NCBI GenBank assembly: GCA_036732755.1
Contig: DAINBU010000006.1
Span: 26,688-86,768 of the forward strand
Reading direction: 5' to 3'
Source: Planctomycetota bacterium
GTDB taxonomy: Bacteria > Planctomycetota > B15-G4 > SIAN01
DNA: 60,081 nt
Shown here: piece after piece, positions 50,250 to 59,941 of the stretch
How the letters are laid out: each line of letters begins with the position of its first letter
Position numbering within the stretch: the stretch's first letter is position 1
Program-made: the position numbers and the translations under genes
The notes under the pieces: model-generated
Seen by the model: the letters and a program-made list of their open reading frames with translations, nothing else
Databases searched by the model: none
What the model was told of the DNA's origin: nothing

Positions 50250-52596
50250 GCTTGTTGGTGAGCGCGAGGCGGACGCGCTCGCCGTCGCCCTCGCCGGCCG
50301 GACGGCGCTCCGAGAAGGCGACCAGGTCGAAGTCGGCGGTGGTCACGAGGCGGCCGTCGTTGCTCTCGACGCCGATCAGCACGCACTCGCGGTCGCGGCC
50401 CGGCAGCCGGCCGCGCGCCGTGTGGGAGAAGGCGACGTCGGCGACCGGGCCCCACGGCTTGAGCGAGAGGGGCGGCGGCCCGCCGGCGAGCGGCCGCGCC
50501 TCGACCATCCCGAGCAGCGTCGGCACCAGGAAGGTCGTGTCGACCACCTCGGCGACGCGCAGCGGCGGGCGGCCCGGGTCGTGGACGATCAGCGGGACGT
50601 CGACGAACGCGGCGTCGAGCGACGCGCCGGCCGGCGGCGGGACGGCGCCGACGAACTCGCCGTGGTCGCTCACGATCACGAAGAGCGTCCGGGCCCAGAG
50701 CTGCGCGCTCTCCAGCTGGCGGCGCATGGTGCGGATCGCCTCGTCGACGTAGGCGACCTCGCCGTCGTAGAGGTTCGAATGGTCCTGGTCGTCGAGCGCG
50801 AGCCCGTCGACGCGCGGCGCCACGAACTCCTCGGCGAGCTGCGGCACGCCGCCCTGCCCGCTGCGGGCGCGGACGTCGTTCACGGCGCTGCGCATCGCGG
50901 TCGCCGCGGCGGTGCGCGCGAACTTCTCGCCGTACTGCTGCGGCGGGTTGAACGGCCGGTGCAGGTCGACGAACTCGACGAACGCGAAGAACTGGTAGTT
51001 GCGGTAGCGCAGCACCCAGTCGCCGAACTCGTCGGCGACGCGCTCGGCGGGCGCGAGCGGGAACTCGCGCCACACCTCGAAGCCCTGCTGGAAGTTCTTG
51101 GCGTGGCTCACCAGCGGGTCGGAGGTGCAGGCGAGCGTCGTGAAGCCGCTGGCCTGCAGCACCTCCGCCAGCGTCACCAGCGAGTCGGAGAGGAAGCAGT
51201 GCTCGTCGTCGACCACGCCGTGGCTCGGCGCGTCCTTGCCGGTGAGCAGCGTCGCGACCGCCGGCCAGGTCCAGCTCGACGGGGAGCGCGCCCGCTCGTA
51301 GACCACCGACTCGCCGGCGATCGCGTCGATCGCCGGGGTGGTGTCGCGCGGGTAGCCCAGGCAGTGCAGCCGGTCGGCGCGCAGCGAGTCGACCACGACC
51401 ATCACGAGGTTCATGCGCTTCTGCGCGGTCGCGTCGCCCGGCTCGCGCGGCTCGTTCAGCGCGTTGCGCGGCAGCATCTCGGCGCGCACGAGGAGCGGGC
51501 GGCCGAAGCCGACGCGCGCTCTCTCGACGCCGGGCCCGCTCCCGCTCGTCGCGAAGCGGACCGTGATGGTGCGCCCCGCGAAGCCCTCGAGCGCGATCTC
51601 GTGGTCGTGCCAGCGCCGGTCGCGCGCGACCTGCTGCGGCCGGATCTCGTGGTCGAAGCGCTCCTCGCCGTCGATGCTCACCGCGAAGCGGATCGTCTGG
51701 CGCGGCGCGTCGTCGCCGGCCACGACGCTCGTGCGGTCGATCGCGCAGCCGAAGGTGAGGCTCGTGTTGGCCTGCACCGCGAAGCGGTACTCGACGCTGG
51801 CGCCCGTCCCCATGACGAGCGCCGGCTGGGTGCCGCCCGCCAACTCCTGCGCGACGTCGGCGGTGAGCGTCGCGGCGCGCACCGGCGGACCGGCGCCGGC
51901 GTCGACCTTCGCGTCGGGGAAGAGGCGGATCAGGTCGGCGACGATCCCCTCGACGGCCATCCACTGGCGCCGCCACTCGAGGACCTGGTGGGTCGTCGCG
52001 ACCGCCCCGCCGCCGACCAGCAGCAGCAGCGCGGTCGTCATGAAGCGCGTCGGCGTGCTCAGCCGGAAGAAGAGGCGGCGCGGCGAGGTCGCGTAGCGGT
52101 CGAACATCACGAAGACGAACGAGCCGACGCCGATCGCGCACCAGCCGAGGAGGCTCCAGCGCGTGTCGACCCCCGGCATGTAGCGGCGCCCGCCGCCGGG
52201 CCAGCCGGTGAGGAGGACGATGCTGATGCCCGCCGCGACGATGCCGCGCAGGGCGAGCGTCCACGCCTTGCGCGTGCGCGGCAGGATCGTGAGCGCCGGC
52301 ACGATGATCCACGCGCGCCCGGTCGCCTTGAACAGGTGGTCGACGAAGTGCTCGAGCAGCAGCGAGCCGCGCTCGCCCTCCTTCAGCAGGTCGACCGCCG
52401 ACTGCAGCAGCGCGCGCAGCACGACGAGCCCCATCGCCACCCAGAGGCTCGCGATCAGGCGGTCGCCCGGCTGGACGATGATGCGCGCCGGATCGACGAA
52501 CCGCGGCGCGTCGGACGAGGCCCCGGGCGCGCGTTCGCCCGCGTCGGCCGCCGCCGCGCCCTCGAGCGATGATCGCGAGCCTGTGGAGTCGTCCAT
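50224..52596 (-). CDS. Membrane-anchored sulfatase-family (alkaline-phosphatase superfamily, LTA-synthase-like) protein
   Basis: An N-terminal multi-TM domain is followed by a sulfatase core (MVVVDSLRADRLHCLGYPRDTTPAIDAIAGESVVYERARSPSSWTWPAVATLLTG; VIVSDHGE). Confidence 0.7.
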   Translation of the reverse strand: MDDSTGSRSSLEGAAAADAGERAPGASSDAPRFVDPARIIVQPGDRLIASLWVAMGLVVLRALLQSAVDLLKEGERGSLLLEHFVDHLFKATGRAWIIVPALTILPRTRKAWTLALRGIVAAGISIVLLTGWPGGGRRYMPGVDTRWSLLGWCAIGVGSFVFVMFDRYATSPRRLFFRLSTPTRFMTTALLLLVGGGAVATTHQVLEWRRQWMAVEGIVADLIRLFPDAKVDAGAGPPVRAATLTADVAQELAGGTQPALVMGTGASVEYRFAVQANTSLTFGCAIDRTSVVAGDDAPRQTIRFAVSIDGEERFDHEIRPQQVARDRRWHDHEIALEGFAGRTITVRFATSGSGPGVERARVGFGRPLLVRAEMLPRNALNEPREPGDATAQKRMNLVMVVVDSLRADRLHCLGYPRDTTPAIDAIAGESVVYERARSPSSWTWPAVATLLTGKDAPSHGVVDDEHCFLSDSLVTLAEVLQASGFTTLACTSDPLVSHAKNFQQGFEVWREFPLAPAERVADEFGDWVLRYRNYQFFAFVEFVDLHRPFNPPQQYGEKFARTAAATAMRSAVNDVRARSGQGGVPQLAEEFVAPRVDGLALDDQDHSNLYDGEVAYVDEAIRTMRRQLESAQLWARTLFVIVSDHGEFVGAVPPPAGASLDAAFVDVPLIVHDPGRPPLRVAEVVDTTFLVPTLLGMVEARPLAGGPPPLSLKPWGPVADVAFSHTARGRLPGRDRECVLIGVESNDGRLVTTADFDLVAFSERRPAGEGDGERVRLALTNKLKRWFGPR

Positions 52597-52703
52597 TCCC
52601 TACGTTCGCCCGACCGGCGTTCGCCCCGTCGCCGTCTGCGGGGGCGCGTCGAGCCGGCGGGGATGTCGGATCATAGGCGGCCGCGCTTACGATCCGCTGC
52701 TCC

Positions 52704-53906
52704 ATGCCGCCGTCCTCCCCCGGTCGAGACGATCTTTCCCCCGCGACGTCGGCGCGCGCGGCGGCCGCGGCGGGCGGCGCCCGGCTCGAGCTCGCAGCGC
52801 TCGCCGCGGTGACGGTCGCCGCGGCCGCCCTGCGCGTCTTCGGCCTCGGCGGCCTCCCGCCCGACCTCGGCGAGGCGGCGCACTTCCTTACCGCGAACCC
52901 CGACCGCTTCGTCGAGCCGCGCGCGTGGTCGGCGGCGCTCGGCGCGGCGTCGCCCGCGCTCGCGTGGGCGCTGCTGAGGCGCGGCGCGGGGCCGTGCGTC
53001 GCGCTCGCGGCGGCCACGCTCGCGGCGACGACGCCGTTCGCCGTGCACGTCTCGCGCTCGGGTTCGACGGTCGGCGCGACCTTCGTCGCGTCGCTCGCGC
53101 TCTTTGCGGCGTTGCGCGGGCTGCGGCCGCTGCTCGCGCTCGGCGTCGCGACGTCGATGGCCGCGCTCGCCCTCTTCTCGGCGTCGAAGGCGGTCGCGAC
53201 CTCCGCGGCGGTCGAGGGCTCGGCTTGGGTCGCGGCCGACCTCGGGCTCGGCGGCCTCGTCTTCGTGGTCGCGGCGTGGTGCGCGCCGGCGGGCGGCGGC
53301 GCGCGCGCCGTCGCGCCGCGCCGGCGGCTGCTCGTCGTGGTCGCCGCCGCGGCGCTGCTCTCGGCCGGACTCAAGCTCGGCTTCGCGCCCGAACCTGCGG
53401 CGGCGTGCCTCACCGCCGCGGTCGTCGTCCTCGCCGCGAGCGGGCTCGGGCTCTGGTGGGAGGCGGCCCCGGCGCCGCTCGCGCGGCTCGCGGCGCTCTC
53501 GTTCGCCGTCGTGCCCTCGCTCCCGTCGCTCGCGTCGGAATTCGTCGACGGCGGGCGCTTCGACGTCGCGCCGCTCGCCGCCGCCTTCTCGGAGCGCCGC
53601 CGCGGCGGCGAGCCGCTCTTCGCGAGCGACCCCGCCTTCGCGTCGCACGGCTTCGGGGTCGAGTGCCTGCGCCTCCCGCTGCGCGCGCGCTCGCCCGACG
53701 ACTTCCTGCCGGTCGACCGCGCCGGCTGGGTGCTGCTCCTCTTCGACCGCGGCCGCCCGCTCGGCGACCACGAGGGCGTCACGCCGGAGATCGAGCGCGG
53801 GCTCGCGCTCGTCGCGCGCTCGACGCGGCGGCGGCTCGACCTGCACCGCTACGAGGCGCGCCTCTACCGGCGCGAAGCGCCGCGGCGCGACCGGCGCGGA
53901 CCGTGA
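52704..53906 (+). CDS. Polytopic membrane protein, GT-C (ArnT/PMT-like) glycosyltransferase family candidate
   Basis: It has an Ala-rich multi-helix membrane domain. The N-terminal segment LRVFGLGGLPPDLGEAAHFLTA resembles the first loop of family-39/83 glycosyltransferases. The assignment is weak. Confidence 0.4.
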   Translation: MPPSSPGRDDLSPATSARAAAAAGGARLELAALAAVTVAAAALRVFGLGGLPPDLGEAAHFLTANPDRFVEPRAWSAALGAASPALAWALLRRGAGPCVALAAATLAATTPFAVHVSRSGSTVGATFVASLALFAALRGLRPLLALGVATSMAALALFSASKAVATSAAVEGSAWVAADLGLGGLVFVVAAWCAPAGGGARAVAPRRRLLVVVAAAALLSAGLKLGFAPEPAAACLTAAVVVLAASGLGLWWEAAPAPLARLAALSFAVVPSLPSLASEFVDGGRFDVAPLAAAFSERRRGGEPLFASDPAFASHGFGVECLRLPLRARSPDDFLPVDRAGWVLLLFDRGRPLGDHEGVTPEIERGLALVARSTRRRLDLHRYEARLYRREAPRRDRRGP

Positions 53907-54340
53907 GCGCGCCGGGCCGCCGACTCGCGGTCGACTGGGGCCGCCGCCGCATCGGACTGGCGGTCTGCGACGCGCTCGGGATCACGACGCGCGGGCTGCC
54001 GCGCCTCGAGAGCACGACGCTCGAGGCCGACCTCGCCGCGCTCGCGAAGATCTGCCGGGACGAGGAGATCGTCGGGATCGTGATCGGCATCCCGACGCAG
54101 ATGGACGGCGTGGACGGGCGGGCCGCCGGCGAGGTGCGCCTCTTCGCGCAGGTCCTGCGCGAGCGCCTCCCCTACCCGGTCGAGGAGGAGGACGAGCGCC
54201 TCTCCACGAAGTCGGCGCACGCGCTGCTGAAGGACGCCGGCCACCGCCACTCGGCGCGCAAGCCCAAGCTCGACTCGACCGCCGCGACGGTGATCCTGCG
54301 CAGCTGGCTGCAGCGGAGGAAGTCGGGCGCGACCGAGTGA
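53903..54340 (+). CDS. ruvX: Holliday-junction resolvase-like protein RuvX/YqgF
   Basis: RRLAVDWGRRRIGLAVCD...GIVIGIPTQMDG...AGEVRLFAQVL is the YqgF/RuvX RNase-H-fold signature. The GTG start overlaps the preceding stop (GTGA). Confidence 0.7.
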   Translation: MSAPGRRLAVDWGRRRIGLAVCDALGITTRGLPRLESTTLEADLAALAKICRDEEIVGIVIGIPTQMDGVDGRAAGEVRLFAQVLRERLPYPVEEEDERLSTKSAHALLKDAGHRHSARKPKLDSTAATVILRSWLQRRKSGATE

Positions 54341-54347
54341 CGCGCGG

Positions 54348-56549
54348 CTACCGGTGCTGGAACTGGCCGCCGGAATCCTCGGCGATGCCGTAGAGCAGCG
54401 CGATGTTGGGGTCCTTGCCGACGCCGATGCAGTGGATCCGGATGCGGGAGAGGCGGTTCCACTCGCGGATCAGGCGGCGCAGCTCGAGCGCGTCGGTCAC
54501 CTCGCCCACCGTCGGCTGCCCGTCGGTCATGAAGAAGATCGTGTCGATCTCCGACTGGTAGCCCGAGTCGCGCGAGCCGAGCCCGGCGATCTCGAAGGCG
54601 GCCTTCATGCCGGCGTGGATGTTGGTCCCCATGTCGAGGTTGAGGTCGTTGTCGATCCACTTCTTGGCGCGGTCCTTCACGGCCGCGGTGACCTTGGTCA
54701 TCTTGGGCTGCCAGCGGTCGGCGCTGCCGGCGAAGGCGACGATCGAGAAGGTGTCGCCGTCGGAGAGGCCGTCGATCGCCTGCTTCATCTGCTCCTTCGC
54801 GACGTCGAGGCGGCTCTTGCCGTTCGCCGCGCCGTCGGCCTCCTTCATGCTGAGGCTGATGTCGATGACGAAGCAGACGTGCTTGCTGATCGAGCTGATC
54901 CCGTAGAAGGTCACCTTGCCGCCGGCGGCCTGGTCCCACGCCGAGACGGCGAGGCGGCGCGACTTCGGGACGTCCTCGAGCTTGAACGACGCGCCCTTCT
55001 CGTCCCACCAGCGCTTCCAGACGTTCGCGTCCATGGCGAGCGCCTGGCCGGTCAGGCGCTGCAGCGCCTGCGTGACGTCCTCGCGCACGCGCCCGACCTC
55101 GACCTCGAGGGCGGCGATGAGCGCCGGGATCGACTCCTTCTGCGGCACGCGCACCAGCGCGGCGACCGCGGCGACGCGCACGCGCCAGTTCTCGTGGGCG
55201 AGCAGGCGGGCGCGCACGACCTCCATCGACTCGGCGTCCTTCAGCTGCACCAGCGCCTCGAGCGCCTCGAGCCGGACGCGCGTCTCCTTCTCCGAGACGA
55301 GCCACTTGCGCAGCGACTCGCGCACCTTGGGGTGGTCGAGCAGGCCGAGCGACTCGACCACCGCGCAGCGCGTCTCGAGCTCCTTCTCGTTCTGCGCGGC
55401 GAGCAGCGCCCAGTCGACCAGCTTGTCGCGCTTCCCCTCCGGCACCACCGCGACCGCCGCGCCGACCGCGCGGCCGGCGGCGAGGCGCAGGCGGTCCATG
55501 TCGCGCTGGCCCGCGGTCGCGGCCTGCATCTGCTTCTGCAGCGCGTTGAACGCGTCGGCGGTCGCCTTGCTCACCGTGTTGGTGCGCGTGTCGGTCGACT
55601 TGAAGTAGGCCTCCTTCGCCTTGTCGTACTTGTCGCGCAGCTTGTTCGCCTCGTCCTCGTGGATCTTCCACTGGCGCGCCGCCTGCTGCGCGACGTCGAG
55701 CACCTCGGACGGGATGGTCTCGCGGCCGAGCCGCGCGTAGAGGTCGATCCAGCGGATGCGGTCCTCGGCCGGCGCCTTGCCGTCGACCTTCTTCTCGAGC
55801 GCCGCGATGGCGCGGTCGGCTTCGGGTCCCTTGGCGTTCGCGAGCATCGAGCCGGCCGCCCTGGCGAGGCGCAGCCGCAGGTCGCGATGGAATTCGAGCG
55901 CCTGCGCGTTGGCCTCGACCTTCGCGGCCTGCTCCGCCTTGTCGCCGGCGACCTTCGCCTGCGCGTCGAACTTCGCCTTGGACTGCTCGAGCTCGTAGGC
56001 CTTCGCCGAGAGGTCGGCGAGCTTGCCGCGGCCGTCCTCGTCGCGCTTCTCGAGGTCGTCGACCTTCTTGGTGTGCTTCTCGTACTCGGAGACGACCAGG
56101 TTCACGCCGGCCGGGTCGCCCTTCTTGATCACCGCGTCGACGAGGTCGAGGCTGCCCTTGCGCAGGACGTCGAGGAGGTCGAGCGCGCGCATCGCCTCGG
56201 CGCTCCCCTTCGCGATGTTCTGGAGGCGCTTCGCCGGATCGGGCTCCTCGCCTTCGGCGGGAGCAGCCCCCTTCTTCTCCGAATCGCCGCGGTCGGCGCG
56301 GCGCGCCGCCTCGCCGGCGCCCGCCTCGAAGTTCTCCTCGAAGCGGTCGATCCCCTCCGACAGCGGCGGCAGCCCGGCCGTCGCGGCCGCCTCGATCACG
56401 GGCGGCAGCGCCTTCTGCACCGATTCGGCGCGCGCGTCGGAGGCGCTCACGGCGCTGCGGAGCGCATCGACCGCGTCGCCGGGGACCGCGCCGAGCGCGA
56501 GCCCGGCGGCGACGAACAGGAGAGGCAGGAGCCCGGCCGTGCGCGTCAT
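54348..56549 (-). CDS. Secreted von Willebrand factor A domain protein with a HEAT/coiled-coil N-terminal region
   Basis: The internal start MTRTAGLLPLLFVAAGLALGAVPG provides the signal peptide and sits just downstream of the rnpB 3' end. The C-terminal VWA domain is VCFVIDISLSMKEADG...SIVAFAGSA...IFFMTDGQPT. The middle region has HEAT-like repeats. Confidence 0.7.
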   Translation of the reverse strand: MTRTAGLLPLLFVAAGLALGAVPGDAVDALRSAVSASDARAESVQKALPPVIEAAATAGLPPLSEGIDRFEENFEAGAGEAARRADRGDSEKKGAAPAEGEEPDPAKRLQNIAKGSAEAMRALDLLDVLRKGSLDLVDAVIKKGDPAGVNLVVSEYEKHTKKVDDLEKRDEDGRGKLADLSAKAYELEQSKAKFDAQAKVAGDKAEQAAKVEANAQALEFHRDLRLRLARAAGSMLANAKGPEADRAIAALEKKVDGKAPAEDRIRWIDLYARLGRETIPSEVLDVAQQAARQWKIHEDEANKLRDKYDKAKEAYFKSTDTRTNTVSKATADAFNALQKQMQAATAGQRDMDRLRLAAGRAVGAAVAVVPEGKRDKLVDWALLAAQNEKELETRCAVVESLGLLDHPKVRESLRKWLVSEKETRVRLEALEALVQLKDAESMEVVRARLLAHENWRVRVAAVAALVRVPQKESIPALIAALEVEVGRVREDVTQALQRLTGQALAMDANVWKRWWDEKGASFKLEDVPKSRRLAVSAWDQAAGGKVTFYGISSISKHVCFVIDISLSMKEADGAANGKSRLDVAKEQMKQAIDGLSDGDTFSIVAFAGSADRWQPKMTKVTAAVKDRAKKWIDNDLNLDMGTNIHAGMKAAFEIAGLGSRDSGYQSEIDTIFFMTDGQPTVGEVTDALELRRLIREWNRLSRIRIHCIGVGKDPNIALLYGIAEDSGGQFQHR

Positions 56550-56573
56550 CGTCGCCCTCGCCAGAAAGTGGCC

Positions 56574-57022
56574 AACCGCTTGCCGAGTCATCTTTAAGCC
56601 GGGTTCTGTCCCCCCGGTCACGCCGGCTGCAAGCAGCCGGCGCTCGCGAGGGCGGTGATCATTCCTCTGCGATCGCCGTCGCCGGCGACCTCGAACGACC
56701 TACCCGGGAGTGCTGGCGACACGGGCCGTGTCATCCTCCCCTATTTGGTCTTTCTCCGCGTGGGGCTTGCCTAGCCAGACGGGTTGCCCCGCCTGCTGGT
56801 GAGCTCTTACCTCACCGTTTCACCCTTACCGCGACGCGTCGTCGACCCGCCGAAGCGGAGCGACGACCCATCGAGGCGGTCTGCTTTCTGTTGCGCTGTC
56901 CCTGGCCTTGCGGCCGGCGGTGATTACCCGCCACGCTGCCCTGTGGAGCCCGGACTTTCCTCCACCGAAGGCCCGCACTGGCACCTCCGGCAGCGACCAC
57001 CTTTCCGGCTCGGCAAGCGGCG
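56574..57022 (-). ncRNA. rnpB: RNase P RNA (bacterial type A)
   Basis: The minus-strand transcript contains the universally conserved P4 strands GGAGGAAAGUCCGGGCUCCACAG (reverse complement of 56938-56960) and ACAGAACCCGGCUUA (reverse complement of 56585-56599). The P1 helix is formed by CCGCUUGCCGAG at the 5' end (reverse complement of 57009-57020) pairing with CUCGGCAAGCGG near the 3' end (reverse complement of 56576-56587). The ends are approximate. Confidence 0.7.
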
Positions 57023-57075
57023 GCCGCGCGCCGTCGTACGGGCGCCCGTCCGCCGAGTCAAGCGCGCGCCGCCCT

Positions 57076-58554
57076 ATGCTCCCGGAGATGGACCTCCTTT
57101 CGCCGCTCGTCGCCGCCCTCCTCGCGGCCCAGGGCGCGCATCCGCTCGAGGCGAAGTTCGCGGCGCGGATCGACGAGCAGCGGCTGCTCCGGACGGTGCG
57201 CGAGTTGGTCGCGATCGGGCCGCGCATGGGCGGCACGCCGTCGGGCGACGCGGCGGCGAAGTACCACGCGCGGCTACTGCGCGACGCGGGCTACGAACCG
57301 GTGTCGCTGACCGATCCCCTGAAGCAGGCGTACCAGCCGCTCGCGGTCGACGCGGTCGTCGACGTCGACGGCGAGAAGATCGCGCTGAAGGACGGCACGC
57401 TCGCGTTCCACTCGCCGGGGATCGAGCGGACGACGCTGCCGCTGCGGACCGCGCCGCCGCCCGCCGACGAGGCGGCGCCCGAGCCCTACGCGCTGCTCGT
57501 CGACGGCGAGCGCTGGCCGCGGGAGCCGCAGCTCGAGCGCAAGCGCCAGCCGCGCGTCGTCCTCGCCCGCTTCGAGCGGCGCCTCGCCGACTCGACGCCG
57601 GTGATCCACGCGCCGCCCGGCTTCGCGGGCACGCTGCTCACGATCTCGGCGCGCGAGGCGAAGGCGATCGAGAAGGCGCTCGGCCCCGAGCCGGCGCCCG
57701 ACGTCGAGCCGACGCTCACCCTCGAGGCGAAGGTGTTCGACGGCCGGGGCGCGCCGATCACCGTCTACGGCGACCTGCCGGCGCGCGCGCCCGGCGCGAA
57801 GGAACCGCTGAAGGACGCGCCGCTCCTGCTCTTCTGCGCGCACGGCGACTCCGACTCGGGCGGGCCGGGCGCCGACGACAACGGCTCGGGCGACGCGGTC
57901 GTGCAGGAGCTGGCGGTCGCCTTCGCGGGCCTCGCGAAGGACGAGGCGCTCGCGCTCCCCTTCACGCTGCGCTTCCTGGTCTGGGGCAGCGAGATCCACT
58001 CGACCCGGGCGTACGTCGAGCGCATCCGCGCCGACGGCAGCGCGGCGCGCCACCTCGCGGTCGTCAACTTCGACGAGGCGGGCACCGGCGCGACGCGCGA
58101 CTGCGTCTACTTCGAGCCCGACGACCTGAAGCTGAACGAGCCGCTGATCCGGCTCGGCCTGGGCATGGCGGCCGACTACGTCGGGAAGCCCGGCTTCTGG
58201 ACCGAGTACACCAGCAACGCCTCGCTCGGCGGCACCGACAGCTACGAGTTCGCGCCGGGCTGGAATCGGGGCGGCGCGCCCGGCGACCTGCCGGCCATCA
58301 CGATCTTCACGGCGGCGTGGGGCCATTCCGAGACGCCGGCGATCACGCCCGGATTCCTCTCGCCGCACTGGAAGGGCGGGAAAGACCGCATCGTGGTCGA
58401 CTACTCGAAGGTCTACCACGAGACCGGAGACCGCCCCGAGAACACGACCGAGCTCGAACCCTTCGACATGGTCTGGGTCGCGCGCGCGGCGGGGCTGCTC
58501 ACGCTGCGTCTCGCCGCCGCGCCCGACGTGGCGCGGCGCCTCCTCGCGCGCTGA
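57076..58554 (+). CDS. M28-family zinc aminopeptidase
   Basis: The start is MLPEMDLLSPLVAALLAAQGA. The M28 metal-ligand context is LLFCAHGDSDSGGPGADDNGSGDAVVQELA. The upstream part of the 548-aa ORF overlaps rnpB and is not coding. Confidence 0.75.
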   Translation: MLPEMDLLSPLVAALLAAQGAHPLEAKFAARIDEQRLLRTVRELVAIGPRMGGTPSGDAAAKYHARLLRDAGYEPVSLTDPLKQAYQPLAVDAVVDVDGEKIALKDGTLAFHSPGIERTTLPLRTAPPPADEAAPEPYALLVDGERWPREPQLERKRQPRVVLARFERRLADSTPVIHAPPGFAGTLLTISAREAKAIEKALGPEPAPDVEPTLTLEAKVFDGRGAPITVYGDLPARAPGAKEPLKDAPLLLFCAHGDSDSGGPGADDNGSGDAVVQELAVAFAGLAKDEALALPFTLRFLVWGSEIHSTRAYVERIRADGSAARHLAVVNFDEAGTGATRDCVYFEPDDLKLNEPLIRLGLGMAADYVGKPGFWTEYTSNASLGGTDSYEFAPGWNRGGAPGDLPAITIFTAAWGHSETPAITPGFLSPHWKGGKDRIVVDYSKVYHETGDRPENTTELEPFDMVWVARAAGLLTLRLAAAPDVARRLLAR

Positions 58555-58693
58555 GGCGACGGCACTCTTTTCCAGCGCTTCGCCCGGCGCCTGGGTCCGA
58601 TTCCTCGGGGGGGTGCTATCTTTCCGCGCCCGACCGGTCCGATGACGGACCCGATCGGCACGTCGCACGTCGGGTCGCAACCGGGACCGTCGA

Positions 58694-59803
58694 ATGATCC
58701 GCAAGGCCCTCACCCAGCTGAAGATGGCGGCGCAGAACCCGGCGCAGGTCCGGCGCGTCCTCGCCTCCGAGCTGAAGCTGCGCGCCGGCGTCGAGATGCT
58801 GCGCAGCGTCGAGTTCGCCGTCACCTGGATCTGCAACCTGAAGTGCGAGTTCTGCTACGCCGAAGACCTGATGTACGCGCAGAAGCGCCCGCCCGATATT
58901 CCCGTCGAGGTGGTTCGCGACGTGATGAAGCAGGCGCGCAAGCTCGGGATGATCCACGTCAACATCACCGGCGGCGAGCCGATGATCCGCAAGGACATCT
59001 ACGAGCTGATCGACGTCATCCCGAAGGACATCGTTGTCTCGATCGTCACGAACTCGACGCTGCTCAGCGAAGAGAAGATCCGCCGGCTCAAGGAGGTCGG
59101 CGTCTCGACCATCCAGATGAGCTACGGCCTCTACTACCTGAAGAGCTTCAAGCGCGAGTACGCGCGCTACGCGCGGTCGCTCGGAATGGGCGTCACGCTC
59201 TCCGTCGTGAACATCAAGAGCGAGCGCGAGAACATCGAGACCGCGATGAAGATGGCCGAGGAGGACGACTGCAGCGTCCTCTGGAACTATCCGATGCGGT
59301 ACAAGAACGACGGGCTCGACCCGGAACTCTACTGGAAGTACCGCGACAATCCGCGGGTCCGGGAAGACAACATGTTCTGGTTGGGCAAGAACCGCTGCCC
59401 CGCCGGCACGGCGAAGCTCTACCTCACGAACGACGGCGACGTGATGACCTGCGACCGCATCCACGGCTGCTTCGGCAACATCCACAAGGAGCCGCTCGCG
59501 GTGATCTGGCGGCGCATGTACGACCTCTTCAAGGGCGTGAAGTCGTACTGCCTGCTCGAGACCTGCCCCAAGCAGTGGGCCGAGAACAACGAGAAGACCG
59601 GCAAGAACTACAGCCCGTCGCTGCTCGGCACGAGCGACGACGCCTTCAACGTCTTCAAGGGCACCCCGTTCGAGAAGCACACGGTCCCGGCCACCCAGTT
59701 CACGCGCGAGATGCTGGCGTCGGCCAAAAACAAGTCGAAGGATCCGGCGCCGCCGGGCACGAATGCGCCGGACGCGCCGATCCCCCTGCAGCGGGGCGGC
59801 TGA
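58694..59803 (+). CDS. Radical SAM protein with a C-terminal SPASM-like Cys-rich domain
   Basis: The CxxxCxxC motif is VTWICNLKCEFCY, followed by a GGEPM SAM-binding motif. The C-terminal Cys cluster is CPAGTAKLYLTNDGDVMTCDRIHGCFGN...YCLLETCP. Its GC is visibly lower than the flanks. Confidence 0.75.
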   Translation: MIRKALTQLKMAAQNPAQVRRVLASELKLRAGVEMLRSVEFAVTWICNLKCEFCYAEDLMYAQKRPPDIPVEVVRDVMKQARKLGMIHVNITGGEPMIRKDIYELIDVIPKDIVVSIVTNSTLLSEEKIRRLKEVGVSTIQMSYGLYYLKSFKREYARYARSLGMGVTLSVVNIKSERENIETAMKMAEEDDCSVLWNYPMRYKNDGLDPELYWKYRDNPRVREDNMFWLGKNRCPAGTAKLYLTNDGDVMTCDRIHGCFGNIHKEPLAVIWRRMYDLFKGVKSYCLLETCPKQWAENNEKTGKNYSPSLLGTSDDAFNVFKGTPFEKHTVPATQFTREMLASAKNKSKDPAPPGTNAPDAPIPLQRGG

Positions 59804-59941
59804 CCCCGAAAGGGAGAATCGTCGGGGCGCATCGACCCGTCCTGCCGATCCATGGCTGGCGGGAGTCCCCGTCACGGGCCGTGGACCGGTACGTGCGCTG
59901 TCCACGGGCCCCGCTCCGCCTCCCCCCTCGGAACCTCCTCG

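Noticed and set aside
52208-54340. 710-aa plus ORF and the 391-aa minus ORF at 52671..53846
   Set aside because: They are Arg-rich shadows of the sulfatase and membrane-glycosyltransferase genes. Only the final 145 codons (ruvX, from GTG 53903) are genuine.
54354-56597. 747-aa plus ORF
   Set aside because: It runs antisense to the VWA/HEAT gene, whose frame carries a signal peptide and a VWA MIDAS motif.
56784-57236. Protein ORFs across 56.78-57.24 kb on both strands
   Set aside because: The region is better explained as RNase P RNA (conserved P4 strands and a P1 helix). The M28 peptidase is assigned its internal start at 57076 instead.
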